A DNA stretch of 64,000 nucleotides. Origin: Podarcis muralis. Its lineage: Eukaryota. Below the pieces are notes generated by a model. It ran no database searches. It had not been told where the DNA came from and worked only from the letters and a program-made list of their open reading frames with translations. Positions 1 to 11,835 of this stretch are shown here, one piece after another; position 1 is the stretch's first letter; each line of letters starts with the position of its first letter. The position numbers and the translations under genes are program-made. Location: the NCBI RefSeq assembly GCF_964188315.1, contig NC_135669.1:30814001-30878000 (forward strand), in the 5' to 3' direction.

Positions 1-525
1 ATAGACCCCAGAAAGACAATAAGAACTTGTCTGATATGTAACTACAGGTACATGGCACTCCAGAGGGCAGGTGCTACCACACTAAAAGCCCTGTCCCAAT
101 ATTGTATGTATGCAGCAGACCTCCTGGTGGGCCCACCTGCTATTTGGGGTGGGTGGGTGTAGTTACCAAGGATCAACACATCTGCTGGCATTTTGGGACT
201 CTCTTTGGGGGGGGTGGCTATGTGGGCTATAAGGTGAGCCCTCCCCTACTTCAGAAAGTCACTGCTAGGGATGGGAGAAAAATTTGAGCCCACTCACATT
301 CGTAGATGAACTTAGCAAATCTGTGTTTTGCGAAATAACTTGCAAGCCGAAATGCAGCCATCCTTTGAAATCCTAGGGATATAAGAGATTTCTCCCCGCT
401 GTCCATAATGTTATAGGCTTGGGGGAGGGTGTCAATCTGGATGACCCTTCAAAAGCTATGGCTTGGGGATCGCCCTGGAACTCTAATGGGGTGGGCAGAT
501 CTATTGGGATGTTAATGCTGCGAGT

Positions 526-890
526 TCCTCCATCCTATGCTCAGGTTGTATATATGTGTAAACAAAACTATATAATCCGAAAGATACTGCAGTCCCTGCT
601 GACCCTTTTCCCAAGGACACTGAACCTGGATAGGTGCTAGAACCCCTAGTCTCTTGCTGCTCAGAGATTGGGGAGTATGCAACACTGGTGTCAGAAGTGG
701 GCTTATGTTTCCTGGAGGAGGAAGTATGAGCCCTTCCATCCCATGCTCAGGATGTATATATGTGTAAATAAAGCCGTATAATCCTAAAGACACCACAGTC
801 TCCACCTACCTTCATTCCACAGAAACAGTCTGAGTATGTGCTGGAACCACCAGATTCTCTTGCTGCTCAGAGATTGGGCTGTGTGTTACA
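526..890 (+). repeat. Diverged tandem duplication (~208-bp period) of an LTR-like 3' end
   Basis: 526-684 vs 734-890 share atgctcagg.tgtatatatgtgtaaa..tctcttgctgctcagagattggg; both end in ..ACA; the second has AATAAA at 767-772. Confidence 0.6.
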
Positions 891-931
891 ATATCTATCA
901 CGTTCCCAGCTCTTACCTAATTTCTAAACAC

Positions 932-932
<1 letters not shown>

Positions 933-970
<38 letters not shown>
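933..970. repeat. (TAT)n microsatellite
   Basis: Direct reading. Confidence 0.95.
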
Positions 971-971
<1 letters not shown>

Positions 972-990
972 TCACCATTATTATTATTTC

Positions 991-1211
991 AGCCAGCCTG
1001 GTGCAGTGGTTAGAATGCTGGACTAGGACTTGGGAGAGACCAGGGTTCAAATCCCCGACTTGGCTATGAAGTTCACTCAGTGGCCTTGGGCCAGTCACTG
1101 CCTCTCAGCCTAACCCACCTCACAAGGCTGTTGTGGGAATTAAACGAGGAGGGAGAGAACCATGCATGCACCTTGAACTCCTTGGAGAACAAAGTGGGAT
1201 ATAAATGCAAT
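991..1211 (+). mobile_element. Older Squam3/MIR-like SINE (further copies at ~4637-4870 +, ~19438-19636 -, ~28690-28885 +, ~46845-47060 -, ~61393-61585 -)
   Basis: tRNA-like head (ggtgcagtggttagaatgctggactag..gggttcaaatccc), core gccttgggccagtcac..ctcagcctaacccacctcacaagg, AT-rich L2-like tail. Confidence 0.75.
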
Positions 1212-1948
1212 ATATCAGTCACAAAATAAAAAATAATCAAAGAGGTATCTGGGGTGGGAGTTACTCTCTGCGACAGCTGCTGCAGGAATTCCTGAGCGTG
1301 CACAGACATCCTCTCTCCAGGATTCACTGTTGCAAGGCAGGATGAGTTGGGAAGCAGGAGCTCAGCCATGCAGGTCTTTGGTTGCACTCACGTCCTGGCT
1401 GGGCCTCCTTAGCCAAAGCTGCCTCCTTCCCTTCCCTCCAGGACGGGCTGTTGATTCCAGGCACACATTCCGCACACCTGCTCTTGATCCCCTGTGGCTT
1501 TCTCCGCCTCCCCTGGCGACCTGCCTGGCCCAGCCTTCCCCTCTCAAGGAGCTCGCTCTGCAGCTCCACTCCATGCCCAGGGAGAGACCCCTGCCAGCCG
1601 CCCCTTCCCTCCCCTCCCGTCCCCTGCCTCCCTCCCTCCGCCATCTCCTGGGATCCTTCGCTCGCTGGAGGCCGCAGAGAGCTCCGCAGGTGAGTGGACC
1701 TCCCCCTATTTCCCCACCCCGGCCACGTCCTGGCCCAGCTTGGCATTTCAGGGGCTCAGCAAACAGGGGGCTAACCTTCAGTCTGCCTGAAGCACCCCAG
1801 ATTGCCTTGGCAAAGGAAGAAGAGGTTTCTGGGCATCGGTGCCATGGGCCCAGCTGTTGTGGGTTGGGTCAAATGCTGCCTGAGACAGGCTGGGATCCCG
1901 CCAGAGAGAGACTGGCACCCCACAGGGGTATTTCCACATGCTCATATA

Positions 1949-2088
1949 GATTCATAGAGTTGGAAGGGACCCTGCGGATCATCAAGTCCAACCCCCTGCA
2001 ATGCAGGAATATGCAGCTGCCCCTTATGGGGATCGAACCTGCAACCTTGGCATTACCAGCACCATGCTCAAACCAACTGAGCTATCCA
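1949..2088 (-). mobile_element. Short tRNA-head / CR1-tail SINE
   Basis: Pol III A box (tagctcagttgg) and B box (ggttcgatccc) fused to the CR1 tail (gcattgcagggggttggact..cccttccaactctatga). Confidence 0.78.
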
Positions 2089-3465
2089 GCTGATATAATG
2101 CCCAGTATCATTTCTCCCCAGATCAGCCTTTGTGTGTTCAGGTAGTCTTTGTTTGTTCTGAGAACTACCAAGTCAGACCCTTGGGTCCACCTAGCTCAGT
2201 ACTGTCTACACTGACTGGCAGCTGCTCCTTGGGGTTTCAGGCGCAGGGGTGTCTCCAGGGAGGGTCTCCCAGCCCTGTCTGAAGATGCCAGGGATTGAAT
2301 CTGTGACCTTCTGCCTGCAAAGGAGGTGCTCAACAACCAAGCTAAGATTCCAGTTCCAAACCAAGAGCTGCTTTATAGAGGATTGTAGAAATCTGCCTTA
2401 TACTTCAACAGACCCTTAGTCCATCTAACTCAGTACTGTCTGCACTGACTGGCAGCAGCTCTCCAAGGTTTTAGACACTGAGTCTTTTCCCCAGCCCTAT
2501 TTTGAGATGTCACTGAGGATTGAACCTGGGTCCTTCTGAATGCAAAGCAGATGCTCTGCTGCTCAGCTACATGTCTTTATCTATGGAGATTCCAACTCAA
2601 ACCCCACTTTTGTTTTCCTGAGCCAGCATCCTTGATTTGCTGCTGGCTCTTAGGCCTGGCGCTGTCCTGGTTGACTTAGCCTTGGTCAGGTGGAAGTGAC
2701 AGCAGTGACCTGGCCTTACACATTAATCTCCTTTCCTGAACTTTGACCTCTCCAGTTTGTCTTTTTGTGGGACAGTTCCACCTTTGGTGACATTTCCTGT
2801 TGACAATCTTCCTGGCTGCTAAGATAAGCTGTTCAGACGCTGTGTTTGCAAGACCTGAGCTGTGTTGCAAACCACTTTGCCTGGATCGATTCAGCTCACG
2901 CTTGACAAGTGCTGCAGAACTTTCGAAAACATATTGAGTTGTGGAAAGGGACTGTTCTAAGGCCTTGGGCACTCCGCAAACAGACGGAAATGAATAACTA
3001 GCTCAGCGCTATGGTTTTGCAAGCAGAACTGACGGCATGGGCCTTCTCAGAACGGTGTCACCATTACTGGTGTATGATGAGTACTAGCTGCTAACTCGTT
3101 CTCAGAGCCAAAACTAAACCGCCCAAGCGGGGAAGTATCAGCAGGCTTGCATGAACCTCCAGTTTTGCAAAAGTATGACAAATATTTAGAAAATAAACCC
3201 CTAAGGGAGAGGGAACCTCCCCAAACAGCCCACAAAGACGTCAGAAGAGCTTGCTGGAACAGGCCAATGACCCATCTAGTCCAGCACCCTGTTCTCACAG
3301 GGGCCAATCAGATGCCCCAATGGGAAACCCACAAGCAGGATTCCAGCACAAAAGCACCCTCCCCTTCTATGGTTTCCAGCAACTGGGATTCAGAAGCATT
3401 GCTGCATCCAACTGTGAAGGCAGAGCACAGCCATCGTGGCTAATAGCCCTTGATAACCTCATGCC

Positions 3466-3823
3466 CGATGGGACGCGGGTGGCGTTGTGGGTTAAACCAC
3501 AGAGCCTAGGACTTGCTGATCAGAAGGTCAGCAGTTCGAATCCCTGCGACGGGGTGAGCTCCCATTGCTCGGTCCCTGCTCCTGCCAACCTAGCAGTTCG
3601 AAAGCACGTCAAAGTGCAAGTAGATAAATAGGTACCGCTCCGGCGGGAAGGTAAACGGCGTTTCCGTGCACTGCTCTGGTTTGCCAGAAGCGGCTTAGTC
3701 ATGCTGGCCACATGACCCGGAAGCTGTACGCCGGCTCCCTTGGCCAATAAAGCGAGATGAGCGCCGCAACACCAGAGTCGGTCACGACTGGACCTAATGG
3801 TCAGGGGTCCCTTTACCTTTACC
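3466..3823 (+). mobile_element. Sauria SINE (Squam1-type), full length
   Basis: tRNA-related head (gggacgcgggtggcgttgtgg..gttcgaatccc), (ACCTTT)n tail, 13-bp TSD TAACCTCATGCCC at 3453-3465 and 3824-3836. Confidence 0.88.
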
Positions 3824-4237
3824 TAACCTCATGCCCTGCAAGCGTCCCAGAGAAAATGGCCACTGTGAGAAGAGGATGCTGGACTGGATGAGCCACTGGC
3901 CTGACCCAGCAGGGTCTCCTTATGCTCTTAATTCCATCGCCTGCATGCCATAAGCATGGAGGGCAATGCTGGGCAGAGATCTCTGAAAGCCAACAAGCTG
4001 TGCAGATCCTCGCTGGCCCTTGTCCAGCCTTTCATGACAAAGAACTTTTCATTCTCGGCCCCTGCCCTTCACATTCCTTTGCCAGAGTACGTTCCTAGAC
4101 AGGTATGCCTTGAATACCTGAGAATTCGCCTCCTTGAAAGGAACACCCGCACATTTGCTCTTGCAAATAAATCTCCCCAACAGAGTGTTGCGCACTTAAT
4201 GCACCCCGCGTGAGCCACACACTGTTTTCGCCAGGCT

Positions 4238-4437
4238 NNNNNNNNNNNNNNNNNNNNNNNNNNNNNNNNNNNNNNNNNNNNNNNNNNNNNNNNNNNNNNN
4301 NNNNNNNNNNNNNNNNNNNNNNNNNNNNNNNNNNNNNNNNNNNNNNNNNNNNNNNNNNNNNNNNNNNNNNNNNNNNNNNNNNNNNNNNNNNNNNNNNNNN
4401 NNNNNNNNNNNNNNNNNNNNNNNNNNNNNNNNNNNNN
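4238..4437. other. Assembly gap (200 N)
   Basis: Exactly 200 N, probably a fixed-length scaffold join; distances across it are unreliable. Confidence 0.99.
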
Positions 4438-6285
4438 CATCCAGCAGCCTAGAAATGCTTTGAATAAATAACAAAAAAGAAGCATACCTTTCTGTCCTCT
4501 CCATTCCACATATTATACTCCTTTCATGCAATTTCTTTACATCATTTCTGTGCTGAGGGGGAAATGATTCACTTTCTCATTAACGGTTGCAAGATCCTCT
4601 GTCATCTTCTTGGGGCTGTGACGTTTAGCCTGTTAAGGGAGCCAGCTGTGGTGTAGTGGTTAGAGTGTCAGACTAGGACCTGGGAAAGACCGGGGTTCAA
4701 ATTCTCCACCACCCCTGAAACTCACTTTGGGCCAGTCACTCACTCTTAGCCTCATCTACCTCGCAAGGTTGTTGCGAGGATTAAATGAGGAGGAAGAGAA
4801 CCATGTAAGTCACTCTGAGCTCCTTGGAGAAAATAGGTGGGATGTAAATGTCACAAATAAATATTAAATAAATTATGGGGGCTCTTGTGCCCCTTTTTCA
4901 GGGATTGTTTTCGATCACTGACCCTTATATATTTCTCTTTAGTTGTTTTTTGCTAGATCATTAACAACCTTGAAGGTCCCTGAGGTGGGGGGGGGGGGCA
5001 GAACTGAATAAACCCTGGCTTGTGTCTAAGGGCAGGGAGAAATTTGGTTTGGTTTGCATTTCAAGTTGAGCCTGATTTGCTCTCCCGAAACATTTTGCAA
5101 ATCAAAAGTCAGCCTTTGAAATCTGCAGCTCTCTGAATTTTGCACAAGCAAATAATGTGTACATGAGGGGAAAGGGCACGTTAAAAAATGCCAACATTCA
5201 TGTAAATAATGTTAAAATGCATTATATTGCAGGGGGTTGGACTAGATTACCCTTGAGATTCCTACCAACTCTACAAATCTATTATTCCACAATCATTTTG
5301 TAGCTACTTCCCCCACCTCCACGATATCCTTTCTGTTAGGTGGGGCAACAAGAACATCAGGTAAATATTCCTAATAGGACTGAACCACCTTTCCGGCTGC
5401 TTAGCGGGCGGGCGGGCAGGGAGGCAGGTGATTCCTTTAGTAACCTGATTGCTCTGCCACCTTTGTGTTGGCACATTGGTAATTCCAAGGAAGAGGAAGA
5501 AGACACCGTATACCAGACTGGGGTGCGTGTGTGCCAGGGGTGGGGATACAACTGGTTTTGAGAGGTAAAGAGCTGAGATAGGGCTCTTGAGCAAGAGGAG
5601 GGGAAGTTTTGAGTTTGCAAACTGCTCAGAGGAACATCAGAAGCTGCCTTGTATGGAATCAGGTCATGGGCTCATCTAGCTCGGCACTGTCTAAAGTGAT
5701 GGGCAGGATTTCAGACTGCAGCCTCCTGTGGAAATGAGTTCCATGGTTTAATTATTTCTGGCGTGAAGAAGGACTTTATTTTCTTTGTCCTGAATCTTCC
5801 AGCATTCAGATTAATGACATGTCCTTGAGTTCTAACATTATGAGAGAGAGAGAGAACACATGCCAGTCAAGCCCCATCAGCGGACCAGATGAGAAATTTC
5901 AGCAAAGCAAATGCTCGAAAGGAAATGTTTTCTCTCTGACTTTCTCCTCCCCTTCTCTCTCTCTTTTGATGCGCTAAACATTCACAGTAGAAAAGCTGAT
6001 CAGTCAATGGGGCATGGTCTGCAGATGCCGGTCTTATACTGGTTGGGATGTCTTGCTTCAGCATTATAGCGGGGGCCACAGATAGATCTGAAGTCCATGT
6101 TTCTATAAAATATAAGCCATTTGGAGCTGTGTGGAGGGGAGGCCGGGCAAGTCTCTAGTTGGGATGCATCAATATTAGTCTGTTTCCATCCTTCTCACAT
6201 AAACAGTTCCATACTATCAGGGCCCTGCAGCCTTCTGAAGACTCCCAGCAGACAGCGAGAAAATGGCAAGAGCCACAGTTTAGCA

Positions 6286-6538
6286 CATGGGTAGGCAAAC
6301 TGAGGCCTGGGGGCCGGATCCGGACCAATCGCCTTCTAAATCCAGCCCGCGGGCGGTCCGGGAATCAACGTGTTTTTACATGAGTAGAATGTGTCCTTTT
6401 ATTTAAAATGCATCTCTGGGTTATTTGTGGGGCATAGGAATCCGTTCATTATTTTCCCCCTCAAAATATAGTCCAGCCCTCCACAAGGTCTGAGGGACAG
6501 TGGACCGGCCCCCTGCTGAAAAAGTTTGCTGACCCCTG
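6286..6538. mobile_element. hAT (Charlie-like) MITE
   Basis: TIRs CATGGGTAGGCAAACT / AGTTTGCTGACCCCTG; imperfect 8-bp TSD GTTTAGCA / GTCCAGCA. Confidence 0.72.
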
Positions 6539-7606
6539 GTCCAGCAACATCATTCTGGAGCAACGGCAGGTTATTTCCTCACACCTACAGCTTCTTTCTT
6601 AGGTGGAGATGTTTTTGAACACCAGATGTTTTTGAACACCACTGTTCCCACGCGAGGGCTGAAGCAGGCAGGCCGTCCCTTGCCTCAGGCCGCCTCATGG
6701 CTTCACATCGGCCGCCATCTTGGGTGGGAGGGCAAACAGAGAGAGGGTGCGGAAGGAGGCACTCCTCCCTCGTGGCCAGTGCCACAGAAGGAGACTCTTG
6801 CTCAAGAGGTGGCAATGCAACCCAGTCTCCATGGGAGTGCTTGGGCCTCCTCTTCTCTGAGCCGGAAGCTGAGACTGGTCTCCTAGGGCTGGCGGCAGCT
6901 GAGCTACAACCCCCTGAACTACACCCCCTCGCACCCGCTCCCTGCCAGGTGTGGCGGCCAGAAAAACAGGCTGTGGGCCTGCTCAAAGGCGGCTGCATTT
7001 GGGGTGGAGGTGTTTGCTGAGATCTCTTTGATAACTCAGCAAATGATTGCTCCATCTTCCCACCTGGCAAATTTGAACCTGTATACAAAAATGGAGTGGG
7101 ATCTGAGAAGTAAATAACTTAATATTCATCTCTCGGCGGCAGCCTGGGGCTGTGTTGCCGAATCCTGGAAAACCTTTAATAAATTGGATTGCTGGCGCTC
7201 TAGGGTTTGGCAAATTGCCCTTCTTGAAATGCTATCTCATAAGCTAAAAGTATCTAAGGGGCAGAGCTCAAATGACTGTATATGTACGGGGTGTGGGTGG
7301 GTGGGTGTGTAGTGCTTTTTTCTAAAAAAATGTTTAGGGGTGCTCTCATTTTGACTCAAGAAAATCACCATTTTATAGTTCAAATCGGGGAAAATAAATA
7401 CAGTAAATGGATAAAAGTACAAAGATTCACAAAATGTTTAGGGGCATGCATACCCCTGTGTACCCCCAGAAAAAAGGTCTGTAGGTAGGTAGGTGTGTGC
7501 ATGTAAACAGCCAGAGCTGTTTAGCTTCTTTGAATAAAGAGTCAACTTCACTGAAACTGGGTGTTTTATGGCTGATCTACTCCTGCGTCTGGCTCCTGAC
7601 AATATA

Positions 7607-7847
7607 CAGTGGAACCTCAGTTTTCAAGCATCTCGGAAGTCAAACGTTTCGGCTTCTGAATGCCAAAAACCTAGAAGTAACTGCTTTGGTTTTCGAACGC
7701 TTTTTGGAATCTGAACGTGCCACATGGCTTCCGTATAGAGTTTCCTGGACAGAAATGCTTCCGGAAATGCATGCTTCAGCTTTCGAACGTTTTGGAAGTC
7801 GAATGGTCTTCCAGAACGGATTACGTTTGAAAATCAAGGTTCCACTG
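7607..7847. mobile_element. Tc1/mariner (Tigger/pogo-like) MITE
   Basis: TA|CAGTGGAACCT..AGGTTCCACTG|TA; TIRs and TA TSD; accounts for part of the spurious N-terminal extension of ORF 7497..8627. Confidence 0.88.
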
Positions 7848-7976
7848 TATTCAGAATCCCCTCAATCCAGACCCTTGAAAAGTTTGGGAAGCTTTATCTG
7901 GCATTCTCCCAACCCCAAGGCTCCTGCTTCCAACCTAACCGCCCTCTGTGCTGTTTCCCCAGCAGGGGGGAGCACG

Positions 7977-8627
7977 ATGGCGGTCCTGGCCTTGCAGATG
8001 GGAGGCCTGGTGCTGTCGGTCCTGGGCTTCCTGGGCGCCATCTTGGCCTGTGCCATGCCCATGTGGAAAGTGACGGCCTTCATTGGCTCCAACATCATCG
8101 TGGCCCAGGTCTTCTGGGAAGGGCTGTGGATGAACTGCGTCTACGAGAGCACCGGCCAGATGCAGTGCAAGGTTTACGACTCCCTGCTGGACCTCCCCGC
8201 TGACCTTCAGGCAGCCCGCGCCCTGGTGGTGGTCTCCATCGCCATCTCCGCCCTGGCCCTGCTCGTGGCCATCACTGGAGCCGAGTGCACCCGCTGCGTA
8301 GAGGACCCAGAGGCCAAGGGGAGAGTCTCGGCAGTGGCCGGTGGGGGGTTCATCCTGGCCGGGCTGACTCTGCTTGTCCCCATCTCCTGGTCTGCCAGCG
8401 CCATCGTCAGCAATTTCTACAACCCCCTGGTGCCCGAGGCCTTGAAGCGAGAGCTGGGCATCTCGCTGTATGTGGGATGGGCAGCCAGTGCCCTCCTGGT
8501 CTTCGGAGGGGCCATGCTGTGCTGCCACTTCCCACAGAAGGGGAGCACCAAACCTTACCCAGTGAGATACTGGGCCGGGGGGAGGCACTCCACTCCAGGC
8601 AGCTATGCCCGGAAAGACTATGTTTGA
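7977..8627 (+). CDS. Classic claudin (CLDN3/4/6/9 group), 216 aa, CDS in one exon
   Basis: ATG at 7977 (cacgATGG) inside ORF 7497..8627. Claudin signature W-x(15)-GLW-x2-C-x9-C ([35 protein letters not shown]), four hydrophobic segments, ECL2 FYNPLV..KRELG, C-terminal PDZ-binding DYV. Exact paralog not resolved, so no symbol given. Confidence 0.95.
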   Translation: MAVLALQMGGLVLSVLGFLGAILACAMPMWKVTAFIGSNIIVAQVFWEGLWMNCVYESTGQMQCKVYDSLLDLPADLQAARALVVVSIAISALALLVAITGAECTRCVEDPEAKGRVSAVAGGGFILAGLTLLVPISWSASAIVSNFYNPLVPEALKRELGISLYVGWAASALLVFGGAMLCCHFPQKGSTKPYPVRYWAGGRHSTPGSYARKDYV

Positions 8628-10699
8628 CTGCTATGTGGGAGCGCACCTCTCGCTTCAGGAGGGGAAAGGTTTCTCACTTCTATAGGATTTGTGCAGGGGG
8701 AGAACAAAGAAGCTGCATGTTGTTTCTTGCAAGTCACTCCTTTCCGGAGTATAAACTCAGGGGGCATTTGGTACTAAAGGGACACCCATCCCTGGGATGA
8801 CCTGTGATCAGGGAATGATGGGAGTTGTAGTCAGTCCAGCAAGATCTGGAAGGCCACCGGTTCCCCAGCCATATCAACCTTTGGCAGATCGAATCACATA
8901 CCCTCCCAAGTCTCCCCGTTTACCATAGTCAGTCCCAAAATTACAGAAGGAGTCCCAGTTTCTGTTTTGATCCCACAATGTCACAATTTTCCTTTTTCCT
9001 CCCCTCTACGTCTCAGAAAACAATTAAAAGTGGTGTGTGTGTAGTAGCTGCAAAAATGGAGTCCCGTTTATACTGAAAATAAAATTCCTGCACCAAATGA
9101 AATGGTGAAGCTGGCGTATGAATCCTTGAAGGAAAATGTCACCAATCCACTTAAAATTGCAATGCTTCAGCAGCGAGCCATTTTTAGGAAATGTGCTTAT
9201 TCCTTGATTGTAAATGGAGCCTTACGCTGTCTACTGTAGAGAAATGAGTCCCACTGTATTCAATGGAGCTTACTCTCAGGTAACTGGGTAAAGACTGTGC
9301 AGCTTCACACTGAAATCCTAAGCATTTTTACTCAGATCTAAGTCCCATTGAGTTCAATGGGATTTACTCTCTTGATATGTTCCTGATCATTCTCACACTT
9401 ACTACTATTATTATTATTATTATTATTATCACCATCATATTAGTATTATATCCCGCCTTTTTTCCTGACAGGGACTGAACGCAGTTTACAGCTTAATTTT
9501 TTAAAAATTCCATTTATCTGTTGAAGGTGTACACACATTCCCTTCCCTCGCACCTTTTATTCTTTACAACAGTCCTGCGAGGCAGGTTCAACCGAGAGGT
9601 TGCAATTGGCTCAAGGTGACCGATGTAGATGTGAATATGATGTATATGCTTGCAGCGAGATCAACTGCAGGAGAAGCTTCTTGATGTGGAAGAGAATTTC
9701 AGAGAAATGTTGGAGGATATGGAATCATGAATCACAGAATCACCAGAATAGAGTTGGAAGGGGCCGCATCAAGTCCAACCCCCCCTGCTACGCAGGAGCC
9801 ACAGCTAAAGAATCCCTGACAGGCCCCCATCCAACCTCTGCTTAAAAACCTTCAACAAATTAGAGCCTTTCTGAGAGAGTCAGTTCCGTGTTGCTGGACG
9901 CCCAACTTCCATCAACCCAATCTAGCATGAGGCTGTGTAACATTTCCAAAAGCATAAATCTGCGCTCGCACGCCTTTGTTCAGCTTCTGCAAACCCCACC
10001 CACACTCGTCCTGTAAAAAGAGAGGAGGGAGAGAGGTGTCCTCCCTATGTAAACTTTGGTGTTTTAAAATAAGCAGTGACTCCTCAAAAAAGAGCACAAG
10101 GAAGTTGGTGCAGGTTGTAAACCAGGTGCAAAATGCAAATAAAAATACAACTTTAACGGAGCATTGATGTCTCACCGCAGGGCTGTGCTGTGGCAATCTT
10201 GCCTTAAAGGCAAGAATCCCATTTGTCCGAGGAGACTCCCAAGCTGGGGCTTTTCTGCCCACAAGGAAGCTGTTGGAGCCAAGAGGTCCTGCGACTCCAT
10301 TAATTGTGGGCAGGAAGTCAGTATTTATCTGGAGCCTTGATCTCCTCTAAATGGCCCACACCCATTGTTCTGTAGAAGGCATGCATGCACATTGTATTAA
10401 ATCGCCATGACCTGTTTTTATATATCCTTCTCTTCTCCATTAGGCTAAGTCAACTTTAGTTAAGCCCTTTACAGAAAGAAGCATTTTCTTGCTCTCTGTC
10501 TCGCCATCCCTTCCTCCCTTGCAGACCTGCCAAACTGAGTTATAACCCTGTTTTGCCCATTGGGGAACCGAGTTTGGCAACACGGAACTCACCCTTATCC
10601 ATATTTCTGCAAGGATTTGCCGCTTTCAAGACCCTTGTTTCAGATTGTTTGGAGAGAGAAGGTGCAAACATTCACACATTTGGGCTTCCTTTTACGCTT

Positions 10700-11835
10700 C
10701 CCCATTTGGATTTAATATTTCTCTAGTTCCACCACTTTCTGAGGGTTTGTAGAGACTGTCCTGGGTATATAGGGTGTTAGGGGAGGGGGAGCAGCTCTGG
10801 TGGGGAACAGATTGTGCTCCTTCCGGGGTAGCTTGTCCACATTTGGTCCCCATCCTGCACTCAACTCTTACCTGTGACTCCCAGAACTTATCAGCATGTG
10901 ACAGCGGCCACAGCCCTGTAATGGCTTCGACTGGCTGCCTATACCAAATGAGGGTAGCTGGTGGGTCTAAAATCCTTGGCGAGTTAGGGGCTTTTCCTGC
11001 ATGCAAAGACAGGCTCCAGAAAATTGAACAGATGAGACCAGCTGTGGGTCCAATGGTCAAGAAGGCAGTTTCTACACGTGCTGCAGAAGAAAGTGAGGGG
11101 CAGATGGGACCGTCAACCTGGGAAGGGAGCCCATCTAGGAGAAGGGAAACTCTGATCCTAAACCTCTGATGTCTTGCAGGATATCTTTGAAAGGCTAAGG
11201 AAAGGGGCATCTTGCCCATAGAGGCTAGTGGCGCAGGGCGCCAGGGTGAAAAATTCTGGAGGGTGCCAGGGAAGAGGCAGAGGCTGGACGCAGTGCCTCC
11301 CTGCATCAGCTAGCCACCCTTGCCCGCATCCACCATGCAGCCAGCTGAGCCGAGAGCCACTGCGTCCAGCCTCCGCCTCTTCCCCGCCGGAGGAGCTGCC
11401 CTCCAGCCGCTGCCCGCCTCCTCCAGCCCCACAAAGATGGCCGCGTCGCCGGCAGCGCCGTCCTCCCTAAAAAAGGTCGGCAACTCTGGGAAGGGAGGGG
11501 GTGCCAGAGGGATCTTCGCACCACGGCACCAGATATGCTTAAGATGGCCTTGGCTATGGAGTAAACTCTACTCAAAACTGGAGTGGAGTCCCTGAGACAG
11601 TTGGATGGCGCCTTGTACGCCTCCTTCCGGCAATTCCTGCAGCCAAGCTGGTGCCAAACGTCTTGCTCTGCCTTTCTTTGGACCACATCAGTGAGGCTGA
11701 GAGGGGGGTCTTGTCATCTTGGCAGCCCTGGACCTCTATACACACTGCCCAGGCTTGTGCCCTGGGAAAGTCACTTTGGTGCTACCAATGCAACAGTTTG
11801 ACTTCACCCCTGGAGGCGCACTCCATTGTCTCTTG
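10700..11835 (-). mobile_element. Interspersed repeat, probably the 5' region of an RTE-clade LINE, interrupted by a nested MITE
   Basis: Resembles a squamate repeat I recall (gatgtggtccaaag..ttggcaccagcttggctgcagga..gggactccactcc); no RT ORF seen; family call is from memory only. Confidence 0.4.
11201..11551. mobile_element. Nested non-autonomous DNA element (hAT-like)
   Basis: Imperfect TIRs AAGGGGCATCTTGCCCATA / AAGGCCATCTTAAGCATA; 8-bp TSD GGCTAAGG (11193-11200) / GGCTATGG (11552-11559). Confidence 0.55.

Noticed and set aside
1949-2088. Apparent tRNA genes (also ~31970 and ~58953)
   Set aside because: The A/B boxes are fused directly to a CR1 3' tail, there is no acceptor-stem closure and the anticodon loops vary between copies; these are SINE heads.
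1330-2145. 271-aa Pro-rich ORF
   Set aside because: No recognisable domain; it reads through low-complexity C-rich DNA and a SINE.
4069-4531. ORFs spanning the N run
   Set aside because: Artefacts of the 200-N gap.
7497-7976. 160-aa N-terminal extension of the claudin ORF (376 aa in the track)
   Set aside because: It runs through a Tc1/mariner MITE (7607-7847) and a splice-acceptor region; claudin homology begins at the ATG at 7977.
10692-11686. 204-aa and 126-aa minus-strand ORFs as a possible TMEM270/WBSCR28
   Set aside because: No similarity to TMEM270 as I recall it; the region is an interspersed repeat with a nested MITE.
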